From NCBI GenBank assembly GCA_964538615.1, contig CAZIGK010000009.1, positions 8,072 through 72,071 of the forward strand: DNA of 64,000 nucleotides. Direction: 5' to 3'. The DNA is from an uncultured Rickettsiales bacterium (GTDB lineage: Bacteria; Pseudomonadota; Alphaproteobacteria; Rickettsiales; RI-342). Made by a program: the position numbers and the translations under genes. The notes below the pieces were generated by a model, which was given only the letters and a program-made list of their open reading frames with translations, had not been told where the DNA came from and made no database searches. Of this stretch, positions 29,501 through 39,835 are shown in pieces. The stretch's first letter is position 1. Every line of letters begins with the position of its first letter.

Positions 29501-30579
29501 GACAGCCCTCCCTGTCGGTGTGAATCGTCTAGTTCCAGAACAGAATCATAAAAATCATGAATCGCCTGAATAGCATCCTTCAACTGCTCAATGTGATTGA
29601 ACCGTTGCCGGAATTCCGAGCTATTGCGCAAACCGCTGCTATACCAGCCAACATGCTTGCGCGCCAGTCGCATGGCGGTGATCTCGCCGTAATGCTCCAC
29701 CATCGCCTGATAATGACCTAGCACAATCTCCTTTTGCTGCGCAAGTGTCGGCGCAGGAAAAATCTCGCCTGTCTCCAAATAATGCGCCATTTGTCCCGGC
29801 AACCAGGGTTTACCGTAGCTACCACGGCCAATCATCACCCCATCCGCACCAGACTGGCTAAGGGCCTGGTGTACATCTTCCATCGTGGTAATATCTCCAT
29901 TCACCACCACGGGAATCTTCACGGCATCCTTCACGGCACGCACAAAGCCCCAGTCCGCACTGCCCTTATACATCTGGCAGCGGGTGCGACCATGCACCGT
30001 AATCATCTGAATCCCCACTTCTTCTGCAATTTTTGCTAATTTGGGGGCATTCAGGTTGCTATGATCCCATCCCATGCGCATTTTCAGCGTGACCGGCACT
30101 TTCACGGCCTTGACCGTGGATTCCAGAATCTTTGCGGCCAGCGGTTCGTCTTTCATCAAGGCGGAACCGGCATAGCCATTGACCACTTTTTTGACCGGAC
30201 AGCCAAAATTAATATCCACAATCTGCGCGCCACGGTCTTCATTCAACTTGGCGGCCTCCGCCATGACATCCGGCTCACAACCCGCCAGTTGCACCGCCAT
30301 CATCCCTTCTTCCGGGTCACGGCTGGCTTTCAGCAGGGTTTCCCGGCCTTCCAGAATCATGGCGCGGCTGGCAATCATTTCGGAAAAAACCATGCCCGCA
30401 CCATAGCGTTTGGCCAGACGGCGAAATGGTTGATCCGACACACCGGACATCGGCGCCAGAAACACATTATTATCCACTTCATGCGGACCAATGTTGATTT
30501 TAGAGCGCACAACACGCGCCACACCACCCGCAGAAGGGGTAGCCGGTACAGTAGCAGCAGGGACAACAGCAGGGTTCAT
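29497..30579 (-). CDS. dusB: tRNA-dihydrouridine synthase B (NifR3)
   Basis: [53 protein letters not shown]. Confidence 0.96.
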   Translation of the reverse strand: MNPAVVPAATVPATPSAGGVARVVRSKINIGPHEVDNNVFLAPMSGVSDQPFRRLAKRYGAGMVFSEMIASRAMILEGRETLLKASRDPEEGMMAVQLAGCEPDVMAEAAKLNEDRGAQIVDINFGCPVKKVVNGYAGSALMKDEPLAAKILESTVKAVKVPVTLKMRMGWDHSNLNAPKLAKIAEEVGIQMITVHGRTRCQMYKGSADWGFVRAVKDAVKIPVVVNGDITTMEDVHQALSQSGADGVMIGRGSYGKPWLPGQMAHYLETGEIFPAPTLAQQKEIVLGHYQAMVEHYGEITAMRLARKHVGWYSSGLRNSSEFRQRFNHIEQLKDAIQAIHDFYDSVLELDDSHRQGGLS

Positions 30580-30685
30580 AGGCGCAGGATCAGGATGACA
30601 AATGACATAATTCGCGTTAGGTGTGCTTTTGCATAGCCTGCTTTCACGCAGTATGCAAGATGCTAATTGCGCAAAAAATGCTCAT

Positions 30686-31954
30686 ATGTCCCCATTCCCG
30701 CACACTACCCTATCTGCTTCTTCTCAACTGGCCATCCTTGTGGTTGCGGCGGGGCGTGGCCAGCGCATGGGCGCAGCCCTGCCAAAACAATATTTGCCCC
30801 TCGCAGGTCAGCCGGTTTTACGGCATAGCATACAGGCATTGCTGGCCGCTGCGCCGTCCCTTCCCTGTCAGACATCTGTCCATGTGGTCATCCACCCGGA
30901 AGATGAAGCCCTGTACCGACACGCCACGGATGGATTACACTTAGCTCCTCCTATCGCAGGTGGCGCAACCCGTCAGGCATCGGTTTATGCGGGGTTGCAG
31001 GCATTAGCCAGCCTGCCCAACCCACCCGCCTATGTCGCCATTCACGATGCCGCACGCCCTTTCCCCTCACCCGCCTTATGGCAAAGGCTGTGGCAGGCAC
31101 AGCAGCAACAACCTGACCATGGCATCATTCCTACCCTGCTGTTGGTGGATTGTGTCAAACAGGCAGATGCTTCCGGCCTGATACAAGCAACCCTGCCCCG
31201 TGCGATGCTGCGACGGGCGCAAACCCCGCAGTGCTTCCCTCTGCAAGCCATATTACATGCGCATCAGCAGGCCGCAGGACAAGAATTGCCGGATGACGCC
31301 GCCGTCTTTGAACAGGCAGGCCTGCCCGTGCAGTGTGTGGATGGCGATGAAGCGAACCGTAAACTCACCACACCCGATGATCTGCAATGGGCAGAGCAGT
31401 TGTTGCATCCATCTCACGCATCCCACGCACCCACGGCAGCCGCCATACCCTATCTGACCATCACCGGCCATGGCTATGATGTGCATCAACTGGAGTGCAA
31501 CCCTGCTAAGCCCCTGATGATTTGCGGGGTGGCCATTCCATTTGAGCAATCCCTGAAAGGCCATTCAGATGCGGATGTCGGGCTGCATGCTTTGGTTGAT
31601 GCCATTCTCGGCACCATTGCCGCCGAGGATATTGGTTTTCATTTTTCTCCCAAAGATGCTCGCTGGAAAGATGCGGATTCTGCCACGTTTCTCCACCACG
31701 CCCTGCATTTGCTGACAGAACAGGGCGGCAGGCTGCTCCATTGCGACATTACATTGGTCGGAGAAGCCCCCAAGTTTGGCCCTCACCGCGATGCCATGAA
31801 GCGAAAACTGGCTGAGCTGACCGGCTTGCCGCTTCCACGTATCAGCATTAAAGCCACAACCACGGAAACACTGGGCTTTACCGGCCGACGGGAGGGACTG
31901 GCCGCCTTTGCCACCGCAACCGTGCAACTACCAGCGGATACCCCTGGCTCCTGA
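30686..31954 (+). CDS. ispDF: Bifunctional IspD/IspF (MEP pathway)
   Basis: AAGRGQRMG...PKQY, GG.TRQ.SV, HDAARP, QTPQ; GYDVH, GHSDADV.LHA, KATTTE.LGFTGR.EG. Confidence 0.95.
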   Translation: MSPFPHTTLSASSQLAILVVAAGRGQRMGAALPKQYLPLAGQPVLRHSIQALLAAAPSLPCQTSVHVVIHPEDEALYRHATDGLHLAPPIAGGATRQASVYAGLQALASLPNPPAYVAIHDAARPFPSPALWQRLWQAQQQQPDHGIIPTLLLVDCVKQADASGLIQATLPRAMLRRAQTPQCFPLQAILHAHQQAAGQELPDDAAVFEQAGLPVQCVDGDEANRKLTTPDDLQWAEQLLHPSHASHAPTAAAIPYLTITGHGYDVHQLECNPAKPLMICGVAIPFEQSLKGHSDADVGLHALVDAILGTIAAEDIGFHFSPKDARWKDADSATFLHHALHLLTEQGGRLLHCDITLVGEAPKFGPHRDAMKRKLAELTGLPLPRISIKATTTETLGFTGRREGLAAFATATVQLPADTPGS

Positions 31955-32182
31955 CCAGAAAGCCCATGCAGCAGCGTCCGCATACCCGGCTTCCGCTGTG
32001 GGAGAGAGCTTGCTATCAGGCACGCAATCGGATAACCTGCCTGCCGGTACATTGGTACAGGCCGCAGAAATGCTGCTTTTTGCAATTTTTTTCTAAAAAA
32101 AACCCTCGTGATGAAAATTGTCATATTTCTGCAATCTTCCTCCTCTAGGGTGTAAGAATAAAGGAACCTTGGGAGTCCAGAC

Positions 32183-33265
32183 ATGGCCGCTAAAATTGAC
32201 CTATTGTCGCTGAAATCCGTTGACACCACTGCCAACACCAAAAGCTATCACATGCGCTATGATGATGGTAAAGGCAACCATGGCTACATTGATGCGACCA
32301 TTGACGCAACAGGTGAGGTTACATCCCTCAAAGATGGCACCACGGATCTTTCTACCAATGACAGTTTAAAGGCCTTAGTGAAGGCCGCACTGGTCAAACA
32401 AAAACATACGGTCGGCGCGCAACTGGATGCTGATCCAGCGGTGGTTTATGTCGGACGCAATTCGGTTGTGAATTCAGTTTCTTTCCCTTTCTCTATTCCC
32501 GTCTATGCGAAGAAAGTGAATGGAAATCTTGAATTCTATGTGGAAACCCGTGATCCCGAAGGAAAAGTGTACGGCTTTGAAAAATACGATGCGACGAAGA
32601 ACGCCAACACCCCAGTCGGAGGTGGCTTCACCGCCAAAGATGCCGTAGCCGTCGCGCAAGAGTATTACCTTTCAGCCGATATGAAAGACATTGCGGCCAT
32701 CAACCGTACGGATGCCATTGGCAAAATGGTGGTCAAACGCCGCGAGGCTAATGATATTCCGGCGAATGTCGTCAATGAAATCGCCACACAGGGCTTTATC
32801 AGCCCCGCACGGGCTGCGGAAGCCAACGCCGCACGTGACAATGCAGAAAAAGCCGGTGAAACCCTACGTAACGGCATTGACCGCGGCATTGAAGCAGCGA
32901 AAGAAATTGGTGGTCACGGCATCAAAATTGCCGGTGGCGGTCTGGTCGGAGTCTATTTCCTGCGCCGTGCCGTTGAACGTATTCAGAAAGACGGCATCAA
33001 AGGTATTTTTGGCGCATTGGCTGAAGCAACGGTTGGTATTTTGGGTGCCGCCTTTGCCATCAATTCCAGTAAGGATTTGCTAAAGGTGGAAGAGCTGGAA
33101 GCCCTGTACCACCGTGGAACAGAAGTGGTGGCAACCTCTACCCGTGATCTGACAGAACGGGCGCGTGATATGATTGCAGGTGGTGGTGCATTGATTGGAG
33201 AATCCTCCAAGCGCGCATCTCAACAGGCGGCACAACAAATCAGCACAACGACCCCGAACTTCTGA
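32183..33265 (+). CDS. Hypothetical protein (360 aa) with two Gly/Ala-rich hydrophobic segments near the C-terminus
   Basis: GGGAG RBS and its own terminator; no family recognised. Confidence 0.8.
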   Translation: MAAKIDLLSLKSVDTTANTKSYHMRYDDGKGNHGYIDATIDATGEVTSLKDGTTDLSTNDSLKALVKAALVKQKHTVGAQLDADPAVVYVGRNSVVNSVSFPFSIPVYAKKVNGNLEFYVETRDPEGKVYGFEKYDATKNANTPVGGGFTAKDAVAVAQEYYLSADMKDIAAINRTDAIGKMVVKRREANDIPANVVNEIATQGFISPARAAEANAARDNAEKAGETLRNGIDRGIEAAKEIGGHGIKIAGGGLVGVYFLRRAVERIQKDGIKGIFGALAEATVGILGAAFAINSSKDLLKVEELEALYHRGTEVVATSTRDLTERARDMIAGGGALIGESSKRASQQAAQQISTTTPNF

Positions 33266-33293
33266 TAGAGTTTGCTTCTACGTTCAAAGATAC

Positions 33294-33327
33294 GCAGGCG
33301 GAGATGATATCTCCGCCTGCTTTTTTT
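33294..33327 (+). terminator. Rho-independent terminator
   Basis: gcaggcggagat-gat-atctccgcctgc perfect 12-bp stem followed by T7. Confidence 0.9.
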
Positions 33328-33513
33328 CGGGGGGTCAATCACGGATGAAAGAACCCTTAGACTCATAAACCCTATGTATAGGCAAACCGCCTTTTGCTAT
33401 CAAGGCAGGCCATAAACTATTGGTATATCTCTTCATTACAGTCGGCATATGTTAACATTGCCTCAATCTTTCTATACTACAGATAGTGTGTAAGAATATG
33501 TGAGGCCAAAGTT

Positions 33514-33870
33514 TTGAGAGAAGACGATCGCGCACTAGCCGAAGATACCTATCACGTGGTTTTTTTGCAGGTGAACCATCCGCAAAATGGCCCGATGTAT
33601 GTGTATTTGTCAGTGCAACATCCGCGTCTGCCGGAATTATTGGCCGTTATACGTGATAATCGGGACTTTGAAGCCGAGCAGTTGGGCGAAATCATTTTCG
33701 CAGGCTATGGCCATGAACCGGATGAAGAATTGCAGGATTATCTACAGGTCGTCTACGGTATCTTCCACAAAGATGCGGTACGGTTTAATATCCAATCTCT
33801 GGAAGCTGCAAAGCAACAATATGAGCCAGAAAACACCGCTGAAGATAACCCATACAACCCATTCGCCTAG
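33514..33870 (+). CDS. Hypothetical protein (118 aa)
   Basis: GAGG RBS before TTG; pattern Y.Y..V...GEII..GYG.EP..E...YL. Confidence 0.65.
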   Translation: MREDDRALAEDTYHVVFLQVNHPQNGPMYVYLSVQHPRLPELLAVIRDNRDFEAEQLGEIIFAGYGHEPDEELQDYLQVVYGIFHKDAVRFNIQSLEAAKQQYEPENTAEDNPYNPFA

Positions 33871-33940
33871 ATAGCATCTTCGCGGGATGGAAAAGATACC
33901 GAAAAGGCTGTGTTCGAGAACCGGAAGCGCAGCAAAAATG
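33871..33940. repeat. Truncated palindromic element (left end plus core)
   Basis: ttcgagaaccggaag and ccggaagcgcag shared with type A; left end atagcatcttcgcggga is nearly complementary to 34590-34606. Confidence 0.55.
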
Positions 33941-33941
33941 A

Positions 33942-34343
33942 CTACTGTAGCCGCACAATCACGTCCACACAGGCAATCTGGCGGTCAGCAGGCAATGCAA
34001 TAAGCTTTTCCAGCACTGCTTTGTCCAGTTCCACATCGCATAAATGCCCCGTCTCTTCGCAATAAACATGGGCATGCGGGTGAAGGTTCGTGTCAAAATA
34101 ACTGCGGCTGGCTCCTACCGGCACCTCACGCAACAATCCGGCGTCCTTAAACTGGTGGAGAGTGTTATAGACCGTTGCCAGCGAAAGCTTCATGCCTTGC
34201 TTCAATGCCTGTTGAAACAGGGATTCCGCAGTCACATGTCGGTCGCAACCATCTGCCCACAACAGCCTGCCTAACCACACCCGATGCTGTGTTGGGCGCA
34301 CATTGGCTATTTTCAGTTTCTCTGTCACCGGACATTGGCTCAT
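33942..34343 (-). CDS. Fur-family iron response regulator, Irr-like
   Basis: RPT..R..L..LL, RH.TAE.L, SLATVYNTLHQF..AGLLREV, YFDTN...H.H; no CxxC; start chosen at MSQCP. Confidence 0.87.
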   Translation of the reverse strand: MSQCPVTEKLKIANVRPTQHRVWLGRLLWADGCDRHVTAESLFQQALKQGMKLSLATVYNTLHQFKDAGLLREVPVGASRSYFDTNLHPHAHVYCEETGHLCDVELDKAVLEKLIALPADRQIACVDVIVRLQ

Positions 34344-34365
34344 GAAGGCATCAATCCAATTCATA

Positions 34366-34382
34366 GATGGAATCATTCTAAG
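34366..34382. promoter_or_regulatory. Putative iron control element (ICE, Irr box)
   Basis: GATGGAATCATTCTAAG matches 14/17 positions of TTTRGAAYNRTTCYAAA, 22 nt upstream of the irr-like start. Confidence 0.6.
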
Positions 34383-34437
34383 CATAACAGATAGCTGCAC
34401 TGCTTGCAACGTGAAGCCACGTTAACAGGAAGTTACA

Positions 34438-34682
34438 CGCATCTGAAGGGTAGCAGGCAAGTGATCGTTTGCGGCACTCATACGGACACGAACAAGGTTA
34501 GCCCTAGAGGTCACGGAAAGAAGAGCATACCAGAATGGCCATTATCGAGAACTGAAGCGCCGAAGAGCCTATTTGCAGGTCGGCAAACGTCCCGTGAAGA
34601 TAGTATCTGCTGCATACGGGTTCAAACGCACATTAAAGCGTCCATTGACGTCAGGGGCAAGCAGGCCATCTCTTCAGATACG
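34438..34682. repeat. Degenerate nested palindromic elements
   Basis: Outer IR cgcatctgaag / cttcagatacg; inner element 34511-34606 has tcgagaactgaagcgc core and cccgtgaagatagtat end. Confidence 0.5.
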
Positions 34683-34690
34683 GCCAAACC

Positions 34691-36097
34691 TTAATAGCCC
34701 GTCATCATCCGATCCACCAGTTGCTTCACCGTGGGGATGAAGCCATTGGCGTAAAATGGATCACTGCCAAAGCGGTACGCATTATGACCAGAGAACATCA
34801 GGTTATGATCAGAATCCCCGGCATGGGCTATATCCTGCAAGGTTTTCTGAATACAGAAACTGCGTGGATCCGCCCGGTGACCGGTCGTGAAGTCTTTGTC
34901 TGCATCCTGCGACCAATTGCTGAATTTGCAATGGCTCAGGCAGCCCATGCAATCCACCTGATCTTTCAGAATGGCTTTTTGCTGCTCTGGTGTCACAAAA
35001 ATCAGCGTATTGTCCGGGGTGCGCATCTCAGCGGTAAAGCCCGCAGCTTTCCAGCTTTCCACACGCGCCACATCTTCTGGCTTCACATACACAAGACGTC
35101 CCCTTGGCCCGGTGGCCAATTCTGCCGTATACACATCCTCCGCCGCCGAACGGTATTCCACCTGCCGTTCGGAACGCGCAATCAAATCATCCAGAAACGC
35201 ATTACGTACCGCCGAGGAATAAAAACCCGTCGGACTGAACTGATTGAGGAAAACATCCCCCTCTTGCAGAGACAGCAAGCGCTGCTTCCACGCCTGAGAA
35301 ACCGGGCTTTCCTGCGTCAGTAAGGGGCGTGTCCCAAATTGAAAGGCAATCGGGCCAATCTCAGGGTTATCCAGCCAGTTTTCCCACTCTGCAATATGCC
35401 AGACACCGCCTGCCATAATAATCGGCACCTGCTGTAGACCCACTTCATTCATGAAGCGACGCAATTCCGCGACACGTGGGTAGGGATCCTGTGGCACTAG
35501 CGGATCTTCCGCATTACTCAGCCCATTGTGCCCACCAGCTTTCCATGGGTCTTCATAGACCACACCGCCCAGTTTATCCACCACCTTGCCATAGGAACGC
35601 TTCCATAATGCACGGAACGCCCGCATGGAAGAAACGATCGGGTAATAATACACCCCGTAATGCGCGGCAATTTCTCCCAGCTTGTAAGGCATGCCTGCCC
35701 CACAGGTAATACCATGAATCAAGTCTTTAGCCTGTTCCAGCACGCCATTAAGAATGCTCTCAGCGCCGCCCATTTCCCATAGCACATTCATGTGAATGCG
35801 GCCCTGCCCACCGGATATCTCATGAGCCATTTTCGCTTGCGCCACGCCGCCCTGAATGCCGTAAGCAATCAGTTCCGCGTGCCGTTCACGGCGGGTTTTG
35901 CCATGATAGACCTGAAGCACGTGGTTGCCCTGCTCATCATAGCTATCCGCATTCACGCCAGAGAAGGTTCCCACCGCACCGGCAGCGGCAAAGGCTCCGG
36001 CACTTTCTCCGTTCGATACTGCAATGCCTTTCCCACCTTCAATAATCGGGTGGACTTCCTTGCCTGAAAGCATCACTGGTTTAATATTGAATCCCAC
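34691..36097 (-). CDS. Nitronate monooxygenase-family flavin oxidoreductase
   Basis: IEGGKGI, NVLWEMGG, CGAGMPY, YEDPW.AGGHNGLS, MAGGVW, QFGTRPL, CMGCLS.C, FCIQKTL. Confidence 0.9.
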   Translation of the reverse strand: MGFNIKPVMLSGKEVHPIIEGGKGIAVSNGESAGAFAAAGAVGTFSGVNADSYDEQGNHVLQVYHGKTRRERHAELIAYGIQGGVAQAKMAHEISGGQGRIHMNVLWEMGGAESILNGVLEQAKDLIHGITCGAGMPYKLGEIAAHYGVYYYPIVSSMRAFRALWKRSYGKVVDKLGGVVYEDPWKAGGHNGLSNAEDPLVPQDPYPRVAELRRFMNEVGLQQVPIIMAGGVWHIAEWENWLDNPEIGPIAFQFGTRPLLTQESPVSQAWKQRLLSLQEGDVFLNQFSPTGFYSSAVRNAFLDDLIARSERQVEYRSAAEDVYTAELATGPRGRLVYVKPEDVARVESWKAAGFTAEMRTPDNTLIFVTPEQQKAILKDQVDCMGCLSHCKFSNWSQDADKDFTTGHRADPRSFCIQKTLQDIAHAGDSDHNLMFSGHNAYRFGSDPFYANGFIPTVKQLVDRMMTGY

Positions 36098-36122
36098 GCG
36101 CTGAATCCCTTGAAATTACCTC

Positions 36123-38963
36123 TTAATGGCTTTCTGCCCAGCTATGCCCCACCCCCACATCCACGACCAGAGGAACATCCAGCCGGACAACCTGTTCCAT
36201 GGTGTGCTTCATCAGGGTGGCCACTCGCTCCGCTTCTTCAGCGGGGGCTTCGACCAATAGTTCATCGTGCACTTGTAAAAGCATGCGGGCGCAAAGTCCA
36301 GCCTCAAGCAACGCCTGATGCACGGCACACATCGCTTTTTTAACTATATCCGCCGCAGTCCCTTGAATTGGCGCGTTAATTGCCGCTCGCTCGGCAAAAG
36401 CCCGTAGTGCCTTTACTTGCATACCTTCAATGGTGCATTTACGCCCATCCAACGTGCGTACAAAACCATGTTCTGCGGCAAAGGTTTTCGTTTCTTCCAT
36501 GTAATGCGCAATACCGGGGTAGCGTTCAAAATAGCGGTCAATAAAGGCTTTAGCGGCTGCGCGCTCCATCCCTAAACGGCTGGCCAGCCCGAAAGCACTC
36601 ATCCCGTAAATAATACCAAAATTGATGGTCTTGGCCATACGGCGATCATGATCATCCACCGCATCCAGTGACTTACCAAAAATTTCTGCCGCTGTGCGTT
36701 TGTGAATATCTTCCCCCCTACGAAATGCGTCTTTCAGTTCGGGTATCTCCGCAATATGTGCCAACAGGCGCAACTCTATCTGGGAATAATCCGCCGATAA
36801 AATCACCCGTCCGGTATCCGCGATAAAAGCGGATCGGATCGCCTTCCCTTCCTCGGTACGGATAGGAATATTTTGCAGGTTCGGATCGCTGGAACTCAAA
36901 CGCCCCGTGGATGTCACCGCCATCGAAAAACTGGTATGCACCCTTCCGGTTTTCGGGTGAACCTGCTGTTGTAGCGCATCTGTATAGGTACTTTTCAGCT
37001 TGGCAAGCTGCCGCCAGTCCAGCAGCACTTTAGGCAATGCATGCCCTTGCTCTGCCAGTTCTTCCAGCACATCTGCCCCGGTTTTATAACTGCCAGATTT
37101 GCCTTTCTTGCCGCCATCCAGTTTCAATTCATCAAACAGTACCTCTCCTAACTGTTTTGGGGAACCCAGCAAAAACTCTCGCCCCGCCAGTGCATAGGCC
37201 TGCTGTTCCAGGGCGTGCATCCGCTTGGCAAAATCCTGTGACATCTGTTGCAGAAGTTGAGTGTCCACTTTTACCCCTTCGGCTTCCATGGCCACCAACA
37301 CGGGCACCAGCGGCCGCTCGATGCATTCGTACATGCCGGCCATCCCTTCCTGCCACAGTCTTGGCTTCAGGTACTCATACAGGCGCAGGGTAATATCCGC
37401 ATCCTCTGCCGCATACGCACAGGCTTTGTCCAGCTCTACATCGGCAAAGGTTGCACCTTTTCGACCAACAGTTGCCATTACGTCACTGAAAGTCACCGTC
37501 TGGTGCCCCAGATGCCTCTCGGCCAGCGCATCCATATTATGTCGGTGCGCCGTTCCATCCAATACATAGGATAACAGCATCGTATCCTCAATAGGAGCTA
37601 TCTCCAGCCCATGGTTTCTCATCACCAGCATATCGTATTTCATATTATGGCCGATCTTCACCACAGATGGGTCACGTAACAACGGCTTCAGCACCTCCAA
37701 TGCCTCCTGAAGCGGTATTTGCTGCGGGATATCCGTTGCACCGTCTCCCAGCAAATCACCCTGCGCCGCGACAGTGCCATGCGCCAGCGGCACATAGCAG
37801 GCTTTGCCCACCTCTACCGCCAGAGAAAACCCCACCAGCTTCGCACGCAAGGCCTGTAGGCTATCCGTTTCCACATCAAAAGCGACCTTGCCAGCAGCAC
37901 GGGCTTTGTCCACCCACTGCTGCAAATGTGCTTTATCCTGCACCAGCTCATACTGCGTCTCAAGAGGGGTGACCGGCACCCGGATGGCGGCAGCAGCCAC
38001 CGCAGGTGTAGCCGCTTGCCTTTGCGCTACAGGCGCTTTGCTTGCGCCAGTGGAAGCTGCTTTACCCACCCGGTTTAACAGACTGGTGAAGCCCTGTTCC
38101 CGTAAAAACGCGGCCAATGTATCATCGCAATGCAAGGCAAAACCCAATGTCTCCAGCGGCACGGGTAAGGGCACATCGTCTTTCAAAATCACCAACTGAC
38201 GGGAGAGACGGGCATTTTCTGCATGTGCCTGCAATGTCTGGCGACGCTTCGGCTGTTTAATCTCATCCAGATGCGCCAGCAGATTTTCCACATCCCCATA
38301 TTGCCCAATCAACTCAGCAGCCGTCTTGGGGCCAATACCCGGCACACCGGGCACATTATCCACGCTATCACCGATCAAAGCCTGCACTTCAATAACCTTA
38401 TCCGGGGTGACACCAAATTTCTCCATCACCGCATCACGCCCCAGCATTTTCTGCTTCATCGCATCATAAAGCTGTACGTCATCATTCACCAGTTGCATCA
38501 AATCCTTATCAGAGGAAATGATTTTCACCTGCATACCTGCCGCCAGTGCCGCTTTGCTGTAGCTTGCAATCAGGTCATCGGCCTCAAAACCGGGCAGTTC
38601 AATAGCGGGAATGCCCATCGCCAGCGTGGCTTCCCGCACCAGCGGAAACTGAGGGATCAAATCTTCCGGAGGTTCAGGCCGATTGGCTTTATAATCCACA
38701 TATAAGTCATTGCGAAAGGTTTTGCGTCCGGCATCAAAAATCACCGCCAGATAATCCACCTGCAACTGCTCTTTCAGGCGCAATACCATATTGGTGAACC
38801 CATAGACCGCGTTCACTGGCGTTCCATCCGGACGGGTCAGCGGCGGCAGAGAATGATAGGCACGAAAAATAAACCCGGAACCATCAATCAGGCAAAGCTG
38901 AGGTTTGCTGGCACTGGAGGAAGAAACGGCTGAAGCAGCAGCCTGTGTCACGGCCTGAGTCAT
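36123..38963 (-). CDS. polA: DNA polymerase I
   Basis: IDGSGFIFRAYH 5'-3' exonuclease, FDVET 3'-5' exonuclease, TGRLSSSDPNLQNIP, ADYSQIELR, AK.INFG..YG, QVHDEL. Confidence 0.98.
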   Translation of the reverse strand: MTQAVTQAAASAVSSSSASKPQLCLIDGSGFIFRAYHSLPPLTRPDGTPVNAVYGFTNMVLRLKEQLQVDYLAVIFDAGRKTFRNDLYVDYKANRPEPPEDLIPQFPLVREATLAMGIPAIELPGFEADDLIASYSKAALAAGMQVKIISSDKDLMQLVNDDVQLYDAMKQKMLGRDAVMEKFGVTPDKVIEVQALIGDSVDNVPGVPGIGPKTAAELIGQYGDVENLLAHLDEIKQPKRRQTLQAHAENARLSRQLVILKDDVPLPVPLETLGFALHCDDTLAAFLREQGFTSLLNRVGKAASTGASKAPVAQRQAATPAVAAAAIRVPVTPLETQYELVQDKAHLQQWVDKARAAGKVAFDVETDSLQALRAKLVGFSLAVEVGKACYVPLAHGTVAAQGDLLGDGATDIPQQIPLQEALEVLKPLLRDPSVVKIGHNMKYDMLVMRNHGLEIAPIEDTMLLSYVLDGTAHRHNMDALAERHLGHQTVTFSDVMATVGRKGATFADVELDKACAYAAEDADITLRLYEYLKPRLWQEGMAGMYECIERPLVPVLVAMEAEGVKVDTQLLQQMSQDFAKRMHALEQQAYALAGREFLLGSPKQLGEVLFDELKLDGGKKGKSGSYKTGADVLEELAEQGHALPKVLLDWRQLAKLKSTYTDALQQQVHPKTGRVHTSFSMAVTSTGRLSSSDPNLQNIPIRTEEGKAIRSAFIADTGRVILSADYSQIELRLLAHIAEIPELKDAFRRGEDIHKRTAAEIFGKSLDAVDDHDRRMAKTINFGIIYGMSAFGLASRLGMERAAAKAFIDRYFERYPGIAHYMEETKTFAAEHGFVRTLDGRKCTIEGMQVKALRAFAERAAINAPIQGTAADIVKKAMCAVHQALLEAGLCARMLLQVHDELLVEAPAEEAERVATLMKHTMEQVVRLDVPLVVDVGVGHSWAESH

Positions 38964-39142
38964 GGAGAAGTTCCCGGTCGGCATGGTTGCGAAGAACCGG
39001 TAACCTACGGCCTATTGTCCATGAATACAAGTTTCCAGCACGTTTCAGTACAGTACCCGATACGGTCGTCACAAGCCGGAGAATGTAGCGCCCTTTTGAC
39101 AAGCAGGCCAAATAGTCAGCAACGCTGGCCTGATTTCAGGGG

Positions 39143-39673
39143 CTATCTCACCCCTGTGACCAATGCCGGCGGCTGCATCGCGGGAGCCTGATAGCTGCCA
39201 TTCCCCATCACGGGGGCGGATGCAGCAGCGACCGGTGCCGGTGCTGGTATCATCATCGGTGCCATGGCCGCATAGGGCGTACCATAGCCATAGGGGTTAC
39301 CAACCGGCATGCGCGGTTGCTGCTGCGCCTGCATCACACCGGGCGGCAGGTTGCTACAGCCTTTAATACGGTAAATATCTCCCAAATGCTCCAGCCGCTC
39401 TTCGGCTTTGCCGATACGCCCGGTCGCATCCATATAATTACTTAAGTAGGATAAAGGAGCCACCACCCCCCCCAGAGAAGGCCCCTGCGAACGGCGCGCA
39501 CTATCCCGGTAATATTCCGCTTCATGCATTTCCAAGCGCAATTCATCACACGTGAGCAAGGTATCCGTATCGCGGGCAGGCTGAAACGCCACTGACCCCG
39601 TACCACCGGAGGCGCAGGCGCTACAAGCCAGCATCGCCATACAAACCATCGCATGTCGCAGTTTCAGGAACAT
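39143..39673 (-). CDS. Hypothetical lipoprotein with a Pro/Ala-rich tail
   Basis: Signal peptide ending ACSA-C, D..LTC.EL..E, K.C; GGAGAG RBS. Confidence 0.75.
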   Translation of the reverse strand: MFLKLRHAMVCMAMLACSACASGGTGSVAFQPARDTDTLLTCDELRLEMHEAEYYRDSARRSQGPSLGGVVAPLSYLSNYMDATGRIGKAEERLEHLGDIYRIKGCSNLPPGVMQAQQQPRMPVGNPYGYGTPYAAMAPMMIPAPAPVAAASAPVMGNGSYQAPAMQPPALVTGVR

Positions 39674-39835
39674 TCGTCTCTCTCCTTACTCTGCTGTCTG
39701 CTCCGCGTGCGGAGCAAAACATAACCTAGCGGAACCACCGCCTATATATTGACTGTGGCGCAAAAATATTACAGTTATATGACAGACGCTTATTTCTGCG
39801 TTTTTATTGCACCGCAACAGACTGGAAGGGATGCT

